A stretch of DNA of 62,695 nucleotides, counting the filler. It is 9 parts of 9 records of this genome, joined end to end, with 100 filler letters (N's around TTAATTAATTAA, not from the genome) between each part and the next. Parts side by side here need not be neighbours in the genome. Positions count along the whole stretch, not along the records: positions 23,573 to 29,109 come from SRR31147125_166051; positions 29,210 to 34,510 come from SRR31147125_166058; positions 34,611 to 42,318 come from SRR31147125_166525; 6 more parts are not named here. The stretch is one strand, 5' to 3'. Within the stretch, counting starts at the first letter, position 1, and the number at the start of each line of letters is the position of its first letter. A model generated the notes under the pieces. That model did no database searches. It saw only the letters and a list, made by a program, of their open reading frames with translations, and had not been told where the DNA came from. The translations under genes and the position numbers were made by a program. Of this stretch, positions 23,573 to 34,664 are shown piece by piece.

Positions 23573-26500
23573 AGGCTGATTGACCCTATCCTTCTGGGTA
23601 AGCGAAACCCTACTGCCGCATCCACCACCACAAAATTGTCGCTTCGGACCTCATATCTATCCGGCCGTTCAACATCTTGATCCACATAAGTTGCCGAAAG
23701 ATCTGAAAACAACCCTGATGGCGAAAAAAAACGGATTGAAAGCGGTAAGCAAACAGTATCCACAGCCGAATTATTATCGCTATTGGCATTGTCACTCTCA
23801 CGAATCTTCTCAAATTTATATTCAGCCGTAAGGGACCATTGGTCACCAAGTAGCCAATATGAATAGACTTGGTAGCTTTCCTCCTTCTGGTCCTTGTATG
23901 TCACGAAATCTGAATCGTCAGTAGAGCTCTCGACCGGAACCCGCAGATCCCGCTGTGACGCCTCAAATCCGGTGTATAAAAAATCAGTGACTCGAATGTC
24001 CAAACCAATGCCAAGATTATCGGTCTCCGTTCCATTTTTATCGTCATAAAACTGGTTAAATCCAGATATCTGAGTTGGCTCTATGGTCTGTTCCACTGTC
24101 AGTGCACGTTTTACCGTTTCGAAAGCCGCTGCTCGAAGCCTGACGGCATCGGTTACATCCCACTGCAGACCGATTTTAGGGCTGAACGCATCCAAATCAA
24201 GATCCGAACCATGATAGTTGTCATAGCTAATTCCAAGTGTCCATTTCAGATTAATTGGAGACAAAAGATAAGTGTAAAGATACGAATTGTAATGTTCTCG
24301 TGTGTAGCTCCCTTTTTCAACTGAATTAAAAAAAGGTCTTGTAAATTCATAATCTTCCTCAACGTCGGTTCTGTATGCACCGATCCCCGCAGTGACATTT
24401 AATCGATGGGTAGTAAAAAGATATTGCGCCTCGGCCTGATATCCTCTTTCATCACCGAATATATTATCGTTGCTCGCTAAAAAACCAGATCCCCGGCTTT
24501 TGTTAATTTCTTCCTCACGATCGCTGTAAGTCAATGAAAAAAGCACCTTCGACAACTGCGACAATGAAAAGCTGGCTCCAATACGCGCATCATCTTGATC
24601 GACCTCCCGACGTGAATCCCAATTGGGATCCAAATTAACCTCGAGGTCGCCGTGCTCGGTCACTCGCCTGCGAAATTCCGTCTGGATATTGATTTTCGGG
24701 GTAACCGCAACCTGAGCGAAAGCATCGTATGTATCATTCTCCAGGTCGTTATTTTCACGAAAGCCGTCGGTCTGGTAATGGAACTGCCCCAAGCTATAGG
24801 ATAACCGCTTGTATAAGCCAGACAACACAAGCTCGTCCCCCCATGTCTCATTGTTGCCGGCCATGCCGGACGCTGACAGCCGTGGACGATCATATTCGAA
24901 GAGGGTTGCATACTCATTAAATGCCGATTTGAACAAACTGGAACCGGCAGTAATGTTTGCATCGGTAAGGTTCAACTGTGGCTGAACCGGATTGACGTTT
25001 ATCGGTTGGAGGAGTTGCGCCTTGAGGAGTTCGCTTTTCCGGGCAATTTCGCGCCGTGGGAGATTATAGTATGCATCGGAAAGGAATCGATGCGCAGAGT
25101 GATTGGTTGGATCGATGGATAAAGATGTGGAGGCTTCAGATAAAGCGATATTGCTAAAACCAAGGTCGTCATAGATCCGCGCCAAACTAACCCCGCGCGC
25201 AGCTTGGTCCTGATCCAACAACAACCGCGACCGATAGACCGCCCGATTATCGTTCAGCTGGATGGATTTTTGCAGATCCCGCAAAGCTTCCACCGGCCGG
25301 TTGAGACTCTGCTTGCGGATGGCATCATAAAACCAGGGGGTGGGATCGTTGGGGTCCAGTGATTTGGCGATTTCAAACTGCTGGCCATCCTGCGGGTCGC
25401 GTTTCTCATCGAAATAGGCCTTGCCCAGATAGCTGCGGACGATTGAATTACCGGGATCCAGGCCGGCGGCGATCTCGATTTCCGAGCGCCCTGACTTCAG
25501 GTCCCCGTCACGTATCATGGCCAACCCGAGGCCCAGGCGCGGAAAGGGTGCGGCGGAATCCAGGACGATCGCCTGGTTGAACGCCTCACGGGCCTTGTCC
25601 CTCTCGATGCGCGTCAGATGCGCAAAACCCAGAATCGTGTGAGCGTGGGCGGTGCGAGGGACCAATTCCACAGCCTTTCGAGCGGCGCTGACGCTCTTGT
25701 CCAACGCCCCGACCGAAAGCTGCAGATCGGCCAGGCGGGCCCAGGCCAGTCCGCTGTCGGGGGCGTGGGCGACCGCCTCCCGGGCGGCATCAAGTGCCTC
25801 CGGGAGGTTGAACTGGGACTGCAGGGCATAGGAAAGGGCAACATGGGCCGAGGGCGATCGGGGAGCGCGTTGCACCGCCTGCCGGGCCGTTTGAACAGCC
25901 TCGGCTGTACGGTTCTGTACAACGGCGATCACGGTCTTCAGGGCCAGGGCATCGCCCTTTTGCGGATCCAGGGCCAAGGCCTGCTGGATATCAGACCGCG
26001 CCTGGACAATACGGCCGACATGCAGCAGCATGGCCGCGCGATAGACGAAAAATGCAGCATCCCGGTTGCCGGCGGCGATTCTTTCCAATCGGGCAAAGGC
26101 GTCCGCGGTTTGCCCCTTGTTGAACAACGCCAGGGACTGGCTTAATTCGACCGACGCCGTTCCCGGCCCCAGGGCCAGAACGGGTGGGTAGTACATGGCC
26201 CACTGCACGCTTTCCCGGGGGCGAACAAGGCTGTGGCGCTGCGGGGCACCGTCGGCCTGCGCCACGGCGCCTTCTCCCTTTGCCATTTGAAGGATGCCAT
26301 GGTCGTTCTCGGCAAGAATCAGGCCCTCGAACAAATCGATGCGGGTTTGCCTGGCGTCGACTTGCACGAAAAACTCCGTCCCTTCCACTACTCCGTTGAC
26401 AAAAGGCGTAAGAATTTTCAGGCTGCGTGGCCGGTGGCTGAAAAAATTGGCGGCGCCTTCGATGAGCTTGAAGATGAATGTTCGCTCTTGCTCGATTTCG

Positions 26501-26907
26501 GTAAAAACCAACGAGCTGTTCTGATCCAGACGCATCAGGGCGTCGTTGCAGAGCACGATCCCGGCCCGGCTATTGATCTCGACGCGGATCTGATCCCCGG
26601 CGAAAAAGGTGTCGTTCAGTTTTACCGGCTGCCATAGGGCTTGGCCATGACGTCTGACCAGCACGTTCCCCTGCAGCGATACGATTTTGCTCACCCACCC
26701 CGCGCCATCAAGCTCACCGGCCTCTGATATTGAAGAGGCCCCAATGATACCCATGGCAACCCCAACGATTACCCACTTCACAATCCAGGCATTTTTACAG
26801 CGCTGTGTACTTTTCGTTTCCGTACTATTCGGTAGCAGTTTTCTTCGTCCAATAACCATCCATAACCTCAATTTAGATAGATCCTTTAAAAACGAGAGGT
26901 CCATCAT
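23573..26907 (-). CDS. FecR-TPR-beta-barrel outer-membrane receptor (NsrA-like), 3' truncated
   Basis: Signal-like hydrophobic stretch, FecR domain (GDQIRV...MRLDQNS...TPFVNGVVEGTEF.V.V), several TPRs, NDNRAVYRSRLLLDQD, then alternating beta-strand pattern (FSPKIGLQW, VRLRAAAF). Start codon uncertain; ATG 26907 overlaps the cyclase stop. Confidence 0.85.
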
Positions 26908-29109
26908 TTCTCTTGAAGGCGAACCACCCCGTCCCAACTACCCGCTGGTGGCGTGTGCGTTAAGGAGCGGCAACGCTCAATGTAAAAAAGGGAGGGGCCA
27001 TCATCCGGATCGATCCTCAAAACCTGGTGTAACCAATGATTGGCCTCTTCCCACCGTCCCTGTTGAAATGCCTCCAATCCGGATGCAAACAGCCGGCTCA
27101 ACGCATCCCTGTCATCGGTGTCGAGTGGATTATTGGCCAATAGTTCATGAACATGGACGGGTTGGGATTTCCCCTTAAAAAACAAACCGCCCCACAGAGC
27201 GTTCGAAAAATCCGTTGGTCTCTCCCATGGCATCACGGGAGACCAACACGTGCGTTTTCAGGAACTTGTTCAATCCCTCCAGGCGCGATGCGGTGTTGAC
27301 AATGTCCCCCACCGGCCGGTATTCGAAATGGTTCATCGCACCGATATTGCCCAAGAGCATTTCCCCGGCATGAATTCCGATCCGGGTCGGCATGGCATGG
27401 GCCCCCACCCGCCGGTTGAATCGATCAACGGCCATTGTAATTTCTACGGCCGCCTTGCAGGCCGCGTGCTTGATTTCACCGTTAGGTTCCGGGGACGTCC
27501 ACAGTGCCATCACCGAATCCCCCACCACCTGCAACACCAATCCGCCATTGGTCTTGATGGGCCCGAAAACAGCCTCGTAATAGGCATTCATCAATTCGGT
27601 CAGGCTGCCCGGATCCATGCTTTCGGAAAGGGTGGTGTAATTCTGGGCATCCGTAAACAGGCAAACCCCATAAAAAACCTGCCCTCCCAGATTCAGCGTC
27701 TTCAAATTGGTGGACAGACGGTCCACGACATCGTCAGGGAGGTAGTAGCCGAACGCCTCGCGGATGTTTTTGCGCTCAATCGTGGCTTTACGATGCTTGC
27801 AAATCAGACCGGCAACGAATGCGGTCGGCGCCTGTACCAGGATCGGAACGACTACCGGGTACCAAACCCCACCGGAGTTAAAGTGCAGCAAGGCAAGATA
27901 GAAATAGATGCCATTGCAAAGTGCGACGCCGGCGATGGAAAAGGCCGTCGACCGATAAAGGCTGACCGAGACCATCAGAATCCCCCACCCCGCCAGGAGC
28001 ATCAGGCCGGCCAAAGGTTTCAATGGGTAGACACCTTTGTCTTCGAGCAAATTACAAAAAGCGGTCGCCGCGATTTCGACGCCGCTGATATCGTTACCCG
28101 AATCATCGGAAAAGGCGGTGTAGAATCCGTCATGGGTCTTTATCCAATTGCTGCTTGTCTGCCCCACAAAACAGGCCGCATTTTTCTTTATTCTATTTTC
28201 AGATGGCTGAGAAAGGTTGGGCGCGGTCACCAGGCGATGATAGGAAATGGTCCGGACCGAACCGGCGGGCCCATAGAAATTGAGATACCGACTGTTGCCG
28301 GCCCCGTAAAGCGCCAGTAGTGAACGGACTCGCTGGAGGGTATGGGCGGACATATTGGCCGGTGGATCTCGTTCGAGGCGCGCTAACGCCTTTGATGCCG
28401 ATCTGGAATTTTCCTCAAACCACATCCGCAACGGACGGATCATACGAACCATCGTCTGAAGGTCGAACTCGGCATCGATGGGAACGGAAAGCCTATCCGC
28501 AAAATGCGCATCAACATCGGCAAGCAGTTGAATGAAATGGGGAAACGCGTCTTTGGCAAAGATATGAAAAGTGACGACGGGTAGCGTCGGCAGGTTGCCG
28601 GATGCGCTCCGGAAACACCAAAATTGATTCAATTTAATGGGCACTTTGGGCAATGGGAAGGGCGCTTGGGCAATGGCCGCATCGGCGAAAAGTGGAATCG
28701 CCGAAATGACGCGCTCCACCGTTACCCGAGTTTTTTGGGAACCATTTTGGTCGGAAAGGGCCATGGTCTGTGCGTCAAGGGCTTGGGTCAAAACAATGTT
28801 GCCGGCGCTGTGCATGGCAGCTGCAAGGGATTGGTCATTGGCCGCATCCTGGGGGGCCTGAAACAACATATCGAAGGCAATCACCGCCGCTTGCCGATCG
28901 GTCAAGCGGTCGATCAGCTGCGAATGGAGTCCTCTGGGCCATTGAGATGAATCCAATGGCAGATCCAGCACCCCTGCCGATTCATTGTCGATGGCCACGA
29001 CAACAACATCCGGCGGTGTCTTCTCAGGGCCGCGCAGGGTATAAAGCAGTTGCAACCCCAAATTTTCCTCGGCATCCGAAAAGATGGGCAGCGCACTGCT
29101 CATGACGCC
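26904..29109 (-). CDS. CHASE2-domain class III adenylate/guanylate cyclase (5' truncated, frameshift near 27178)
   Basis: VVVVAID..S...WPR.LH..LI, IAFDMLF, SGVEI.ATA..N, three TM helices, LFTD..NYT.LSE, GDSVMA.W, RIGIH.G...GNIG...EY..VGD.VNTASRLEGLNK. Removing one T restores VFKGKSQPV and the tail WDGVVRLQEK. Confidence 0.93.
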
Positions 29110-29209
29110 NNNNNNNNNNNNNNNNNNNNNNNNNNNNNNNNNNNNNNNNNNNNTTAATTAATTAANNNNNNNNNNNNNNNNNNNNNNNNNNNNNNNNNNN
29201 NNNNNNNNN
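29110..29209. other. Artificial contig spacer
   Basis: N-run with TTAATTAATTAA. Confidence 0.99.
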
Positions 29210-30227
29210 AATGGACATCGGGTGGTTGTGGGGATGTTGCTGGGACACGGAGCAGATGTGGATGCTCGAAACACTGTGTGTAGGGTTGAATTCCCTGGGT
29301 GGGTTCCGGGACGTCCGGGACGTGACCACGCATGCACGGATGAAGAGAACACCCCTTCATGTTGCGTCCATGTACGGGCACGGCGATGTAGTCAAGGATC
29401 TTCTGTGTGCCCATGCCCGTGTGGACATTTGTGATAAGGTAGAGAGGGGACGGACGGACGGACGGACAAACACCGTGTGACGCCGTATCCTTCCTTCCTG
29501 TCAGGAGGGTCGCACGGCCGCGGAGGTGGGATGGATCGTGTGGGGAAAGTGGGGAAATCGAGGCGAATTCTCAATCGAGTGTCCCGTAGCTGGCGTCTAA
29601 CGACGATGTACGGGCTGCGTTTCAAGAGACGATGAGCGGACAGCCTGCATCCTCCTCGAATTCTTCTGTCCTGCACAGTGCATGGATGGAGAAACAATCA
29701 CCATCCCTAGGCAAACGATGGCAGAGGCGATGGTGTGTTCTTGCGTGATTCAGATCCCTTTCTGATGGTACTGGTTAGGTTTGTCCTGCGCCCCACCGAT
29801 CTTCGTTGTACGTTCTCCTGCATCAAGCCACCATACCTCTCATGTGTGTGGGTGGTTGATAGATTATCATCCCGACTCGCTTTCGGCGGGCACACAAAGG
29901 GGAGAGATTCGTGTGGAGGATATCCAGGAGGTTTGCTTTGATTCTACAGATCCACGTACCTTCCACCTCCGGGTGAGGGTAGCACGGCATCGAAACGTCG
30001 AGGCAGCACGTGCACCGTTCGTTCTTCGTGCAGCCAGTCAGGGCGATGCCGAGGCGTGGGTGATGTGGCTTCGCTACGCTAAGGAGAACACAACACTTCC
30101 CCAACACGCTCCTGAGATAACTCCACTCCCTGATCCAGAGGAAGGGGAGACTGGAGTCGAGGAACGAGACAGCGCTACGCCAAGTCCACCTCCACCCCCA
30201 CCCCCTGAGTCACCTGAGCCAGAATGA
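29210..30227 (+). CDS. Eukaryotic ankyrin-repeat plus PH-domain protein, multi-exon, 5' truncated
   Basis: GH..VV.MLL.HGADVDARN, TPLHVASMYGH.DVV..LL; spliced PH domain WMEKQSPSLGKRWQRRWFVLRPTDLRYY...RGEI...FVLRAASQGDAEAWV; stop TGA 30225-30227. Confidence 0.8.
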
Positions 30228-30233
30228 AGATCT

Positions 30234-31846
30234 TTATTCCCACCAGAAACTCACTGCGAAACTGCAGGCCGCCCATTGATGGGTGAGGACGCGTCCCTAT
30301 TGAAATCAAACACGGTGAGAATACCTTGTTTCTTCGGATCGGACGTAGTGCCACCACTTGGGAGGAATGTAGAGCACTTCGGCCGTTCGTAGATGACACT
30401 CCTGGCACACAGCACCCGCGAATAATGGGAATCTTTCATGATCGGGTGCATCAACGTCCACTTGGCTTGTGTTGTGGAGCAAGGACTCCTCCTCAAAAGG
30501 ATACATGGCATTCGTACACTCAGGCGAATACAATCGAAGATACTTACATCCAACCACCTATGCATGATGCCGGTGAAACACGGCACTCACTCATCCATAC
30601 CATGATCACACCTGTACAAGAAGGTTGTGATAGGGATCGGTGTGCAGGGGAGAGATGGTGCCAGCTGGTCCAAACCACGCCATCACGCTTTGCAGATCTC
30701 CTCGGCTGCCATACAGAAGGAGGTGAGTGTGAGATGTAGAATAATACGCACCCAAGGGAACAGTAGGCAGGAGTATCAATGTCTGCTTTCAATGCGGGAA
30801 GCTGATCGAACAGTTGGTGCTGTGCAAGATATCCCATGATTTCGCTCTTGTCGTCTTCGTCCTCCACCACCACCTCCACCCGTTTTCGTTTTGTCACATG
30901 TTTGTCAATGAAATCACCTAATGTCATGAGCTGTTGTCCGCAATCGTCATCGGTATAGCGGCGTCCCAGTTCCACAGGGACTGTGCGTCGACCCGCTACA
31001 CGCTTCAAGTAGTCAAGATCCCGCCATCTGGAGAGAAGAATGGGCACCTCTTGTGATTCTGTGCACACACACACCTGGAGAGAGCGGGCCAGTGATTAAT
31101 AATCCCTTGAAGAATGACGGGACGTTGTGGTTGCATGAATTCTTGGAAGAATTGTGTGAGAGATGGAACGCGAAGGCGCGGGATCGTGTCCTCTTGTGGA
31201 GAAGAAGGGGATGGAGAGAATGAGTGCGTTGTTGTCTCGGGAGGAGATCCTCCAAGTGGTCCAGCACCCTCTTCAGCGGCAGCTGCCACAGCATAGAGCG
31301 AATCGCGATACGTCGATCCGCCCAGGAGAAGGGCCAGATCTATGGTACGCACGGCAGACGTCCACTGGAATCCCATCCACATGAGATAGAAGCGTTTCGT
31401 TGCTCAGACAGATACGCACATTTCCTCCACCGCATGCAGCAGCGGCTCGAAGGAGTGCGGCCAACGCGTACGCGTCTCGCCAACACGAAGGTACGTCCTT
31501 CCACGAACCGTGATGTAGTTGTTCCTCTGCACACAACCAGGCAGCCTCAGCTTGTCCCCGTGCTCGTTGAAGACGTGCTGAAGGTGGTGTGGTTGTGGCG
31601 TCTTCACGAGAAACAATCTCGAGCGCACGACCCAGAAGCAGACCCACGCTCTCTCCACCATGTGCGGTGAGCTCTACACCGTGAGCGGATGTGTTGGTTG
31701 TGGGGTTGGGTTGGGTTGGGTTGGGTTGGGAGACAACACACACCTTCCGTGACGTGATCTGTCAATTTGAGTTGGGCTATTACGTTGGACACGCGAGTAC
31801 AAGGATCCTGTGTGGATCGGGCACGTTTGCCGCTGCCATCACTCAT
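30234..31846 (-). CDS. KDM8: JmjC protein JMJD5/KDM8, multi-exon
   Basis: [93 protein letters not shown] (HxD), [12 protein letters not shown]...SFAVSFWWE-stop. Confidence 0.93.
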
Positions 31847-31928
31847 GGCAAAAGGACGGAAGAAAGAAAGAAAGGAATTCCCCCTCCCGTTTCGTTTTCA
31901 TTGACACACTTCCTGCAGTATAGAATCA

Positions 31929-33993
31929 TCATCCTTGAGCAGCAGCATCCTTTGGAGCTGAGTGTCCCTGACGGGTCTGAGATCCGGAGATTATCAGTAC
32001 AGAATCATCGTTCGAGCATACTACCTTGAGCCGTTCTTCAAACGGATCCACCCGCGCCAACTCTTCTCGATGCCGCTCGAGTACAACCTGTGTCGTGTCA
32101 TACAGCGGATGGGAACCCTCAAAGTAGTGTGGTGCATCTCCCCAGTCTCCATAGGCCACTTCTTTTCCCACGGCCGTCACGCGTCCCCACAAGCAAGCTT
32201 TACATTGGCCAGCGGTGTCATCCAGGCAAGGCTTTCCTTCATAGAGCTGTGATTCGTTCTTGAGGGGAGCGATCCGTCTGCACCCCTCCAAATGCATACC
32301 TGATAGTCGTAACGATACTTGGTGGGAGTGATGATGGGCATTAGAATGTTTGCCCCTGCATACATGCCAAGTTCCCGGCCCCCTTCCCCTGAAAGAGCCT
32401 GTGTGATCACGTACACAGATGAGGGAGTGAAGGCCCCTGGGTGATCTGTCTTTCTTACCTGAAGAGCTGTTGTGGAAGCAATGTTAAGAGTAGGAAGCTT
32501 CATGCGGGTGAGCGCAATCATGCGACACCCAAGATGGAGGAGTTTCTCATTGTACTTTTCCAGGTCAATCTGCACACACGAATCACACTTAGGAAGGTCA
32601 AGAGAAGCACACACACCCCTTCATGTTCTCGCAGCCACTCATCTCCCATGGGTGTACCGCTTTGATGAATGTAAGGACCCATTCCAATCATATCGGCTCC
32701 AATCTGTTGGCGAGATGTCATGTTTAGACGCATCCTGTTCGTTGGCCTCATGACAACAACTTCACCTTCTCAAAAAAGAGGATATCATTGGCCATATCCT
32801 CATAGGTTTGGTGCGGGAGACCGATCATGACACCTGTTCCCATCTTGTTGCAGTTGGTCCCTGTCAGTTGTGTCTACACACCTCCAGACACGCGAACCCA
32901 CCTGGTAGCCAATTTCTTTGAGGTCCCGTAGGCATTGTACACGCCTCTCCCAATCGTGATCCTCGGGATGCATCCGCCTGTACAGTTGTGGATTCGATGT
33001 CTCAATGCGAAGTAGATAACGGTGGGCACCCGCATCAAAAAGCTCCTACGAAGCGTATGAGCCACTCAGCTCGTGCATACACACCCCACTCCGTACCTTG
33101 TACTCGGCCTTTGTGAGTTCACCAATACACAGAGTGATGCCCACACCACCCGTGCCGTCCACATTTGTTTCCTTCTTGATTCTCTTGATCAGATCCACCA
33201 GATGACCCACACGTTTCACGGTTGGTAATTCTCCTGACTGCAAACAGATCGATCCGTATCGGTGTTTGTGGGCCCACTTGGCACACTCGATGATCTCCTC
33301 ATCCTTCATTGTGTAGCGATGCACTTTCATGTCTCGTCGAATACCACAATACATGCAATTCTATAGCACAAGGCAGTGGGTGGTGGTGGTGGTGGGACAC
33401 CAAATCGATTGTACCCCACCTTACTGCACACGTTGGAGAATTCAATCAAACCGCGATAATACACCTTATTGCCCACAGTGTGGTTTGTGACGTGTCCACC
33501 AAAACGAAACAGGTTCTCATCCTGTGAAGCGTTCATGTGTGAGAGTGTGTGTTCACCACCACCAGCTTCCACACGTACCTCCTCTGTACTATGTGGAGCG
33601 ACAAGGTACGCAAGGTCCTCGCCGGACAGTGGGAGTCGGAACTGGTGGGCAACGTGTGGGAAGGGCCACGCATCACACGCGTGTCTTCGGGCCTTACTTT
33701 TGCGTCTTCTTCCGTGTATTGCCCCGCGAGGATACGGTCGCACAGTTCTTTGTGGAATCCAAAAGGGGTAGGCGCCGCAGCGTAGGACGTACGAAGGGGA
33801 AGGGGACGCGTGGAAGTGGATAGGGGTCGTCGAACCAGGGAGGAGACCCTCCGAAGAAGTGTACGCTGAGGGAACGCATGTCAGGGAGTTGGTGGAGAGA
33901 CGGAGTGTGGTGTGGACGCAGGACACCCACCCGTACGACCTGGGAGGCCCTACAGCCTTCAAGGGGGGTCATCCTCAACACACGGGACAGCAT
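31929..33993 (-). CDS. hydE: [FeFe]-hydrogenase maturase HydE (radical SAM), nuclear, 12 exons, about 480 aa
   Basis: Spliced: VYYRGLIEFSNVCSK/NCMYCGIRR (CxxxCxxC), CLQSGE, ITLCIGE, AGAHRYLLRIETSN, GTGVMIGLP.QT, DMIGMGPYI...TP, NIASTTALQAL, AGANILMP, YDYQLYEGKP, Cx7Cx2C. Exons 33993-33937, 33865-33698, 33641-33579, 33521-33420, 33360-33097, 33045-32902, 32843-32766, 32703-32617, 32569-32459, 32398-32300, 32246-32025, 31976-31929. Confidence 0.93.
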
Positions 33994-34161
33994 GGGCAGC
34001 AGGGAGAGAGTGCAGACGGGTGGGGGAAGAAGGGAATGGCGACGGCAACAGGGACGGCAGGGACGTTTCCTGATCATCTCGCCCCCCTCTCCCCTGACAC
34101 CCCCTGAGAGCATGTTCCTCTCCCAGAAAGGATGGATGAATCCGTGTATGATGATTCGGAG

Positions 34162-34450
34162 TTACACACACATGTCCCGGGCTACTTGGAAGGCACTCAC
34201 AACAGCACCAAGCTGTAACCTCTCGGATCCCCCCACGGAGAGTTGATGTCTATTCCAGATGAGCCAAGTCGTCTGCCACCCACCCACCCACCCATCCCCA
34301 TTCCTCTTCACACGTACTCGATTGTTGCAAGTTTGTCTAGGAGATAGATTCGTACACGAGGTTCAAACTTGAGACGCAGGACATGGGTGTAGAGCTGAAC
34401 GAGGATATCATGAAGAGCTAATCCCTTGCGCACTTTCAGATCTTGCATAT
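34162..34450 (-). CDS. RFC5: Replication factor C small subunit (RFC5-type), last two exons; not in the ORF track
   Basis: MQDLKVRKGLALHDILVQLYTHVLRLKFEPRVRIYLLDKLATIE/HQLSVGGSERLQLGAVVSAFQVARDMCV-stop matches the RFC5 C-terminal pattern KGLALHDIL...LSVG..E..QL. Confidence 0.88.
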
Positions 34451-34510
34451 CTGAGGAGAATGATTGGCAGGTTGATGGGTTCGCAACAACAACAACAACA
34501 ACAACAACAA

Positions 34511-34610
34511 NNNNNNNNNNNNNNNNNNNNNNNNNNNNNNNNNNNNNNNNNNNNTTAATTAATTAANNNNNNNNNNNNNNNNNNNNNNNNNNNNNNNNNN
34601 NNNNNNNNNN
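34511..34610. other. Artificial contig spacer
   Basis: N-run with TTAATTAATTAA. Confidence 0.99.
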
Positions 34611-34664
34611 AACGATGAGATTGGGCAAAATGATCGTTTTTGGATCGAAACTATCTAGCGAACT

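Noticed and set aside
27165-27190. Programmed frameshift at TTT-TAA in the cyclase
   Set aside because: Explained by one extra base in a homopolymer, like the other shifts in the window; no stimulatory element seen.
31977-33936. Active introner (repeated intron) family
   Set aside because: The introns I read share no obvious sequence similarity or terminal repeats; an all-versus-all alignment would be needed to exclude it fully.
31929-33993. Biotin synthase, or HydEF fusion
   Set aside because: Motifs fit HydE (RGLIEFSNVC, YLLRIET, YxxY, Cx7Cx2C), and the gene stops before JMJD5 with no HydF GTPase domain.
17476-34610. Bacterial and eukaryotic genes side by side as horizontal transfer or endosymbiont insertion
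   Set aside because: Every bacterial/eukaryotic boundary coincides with an artificial spacer.
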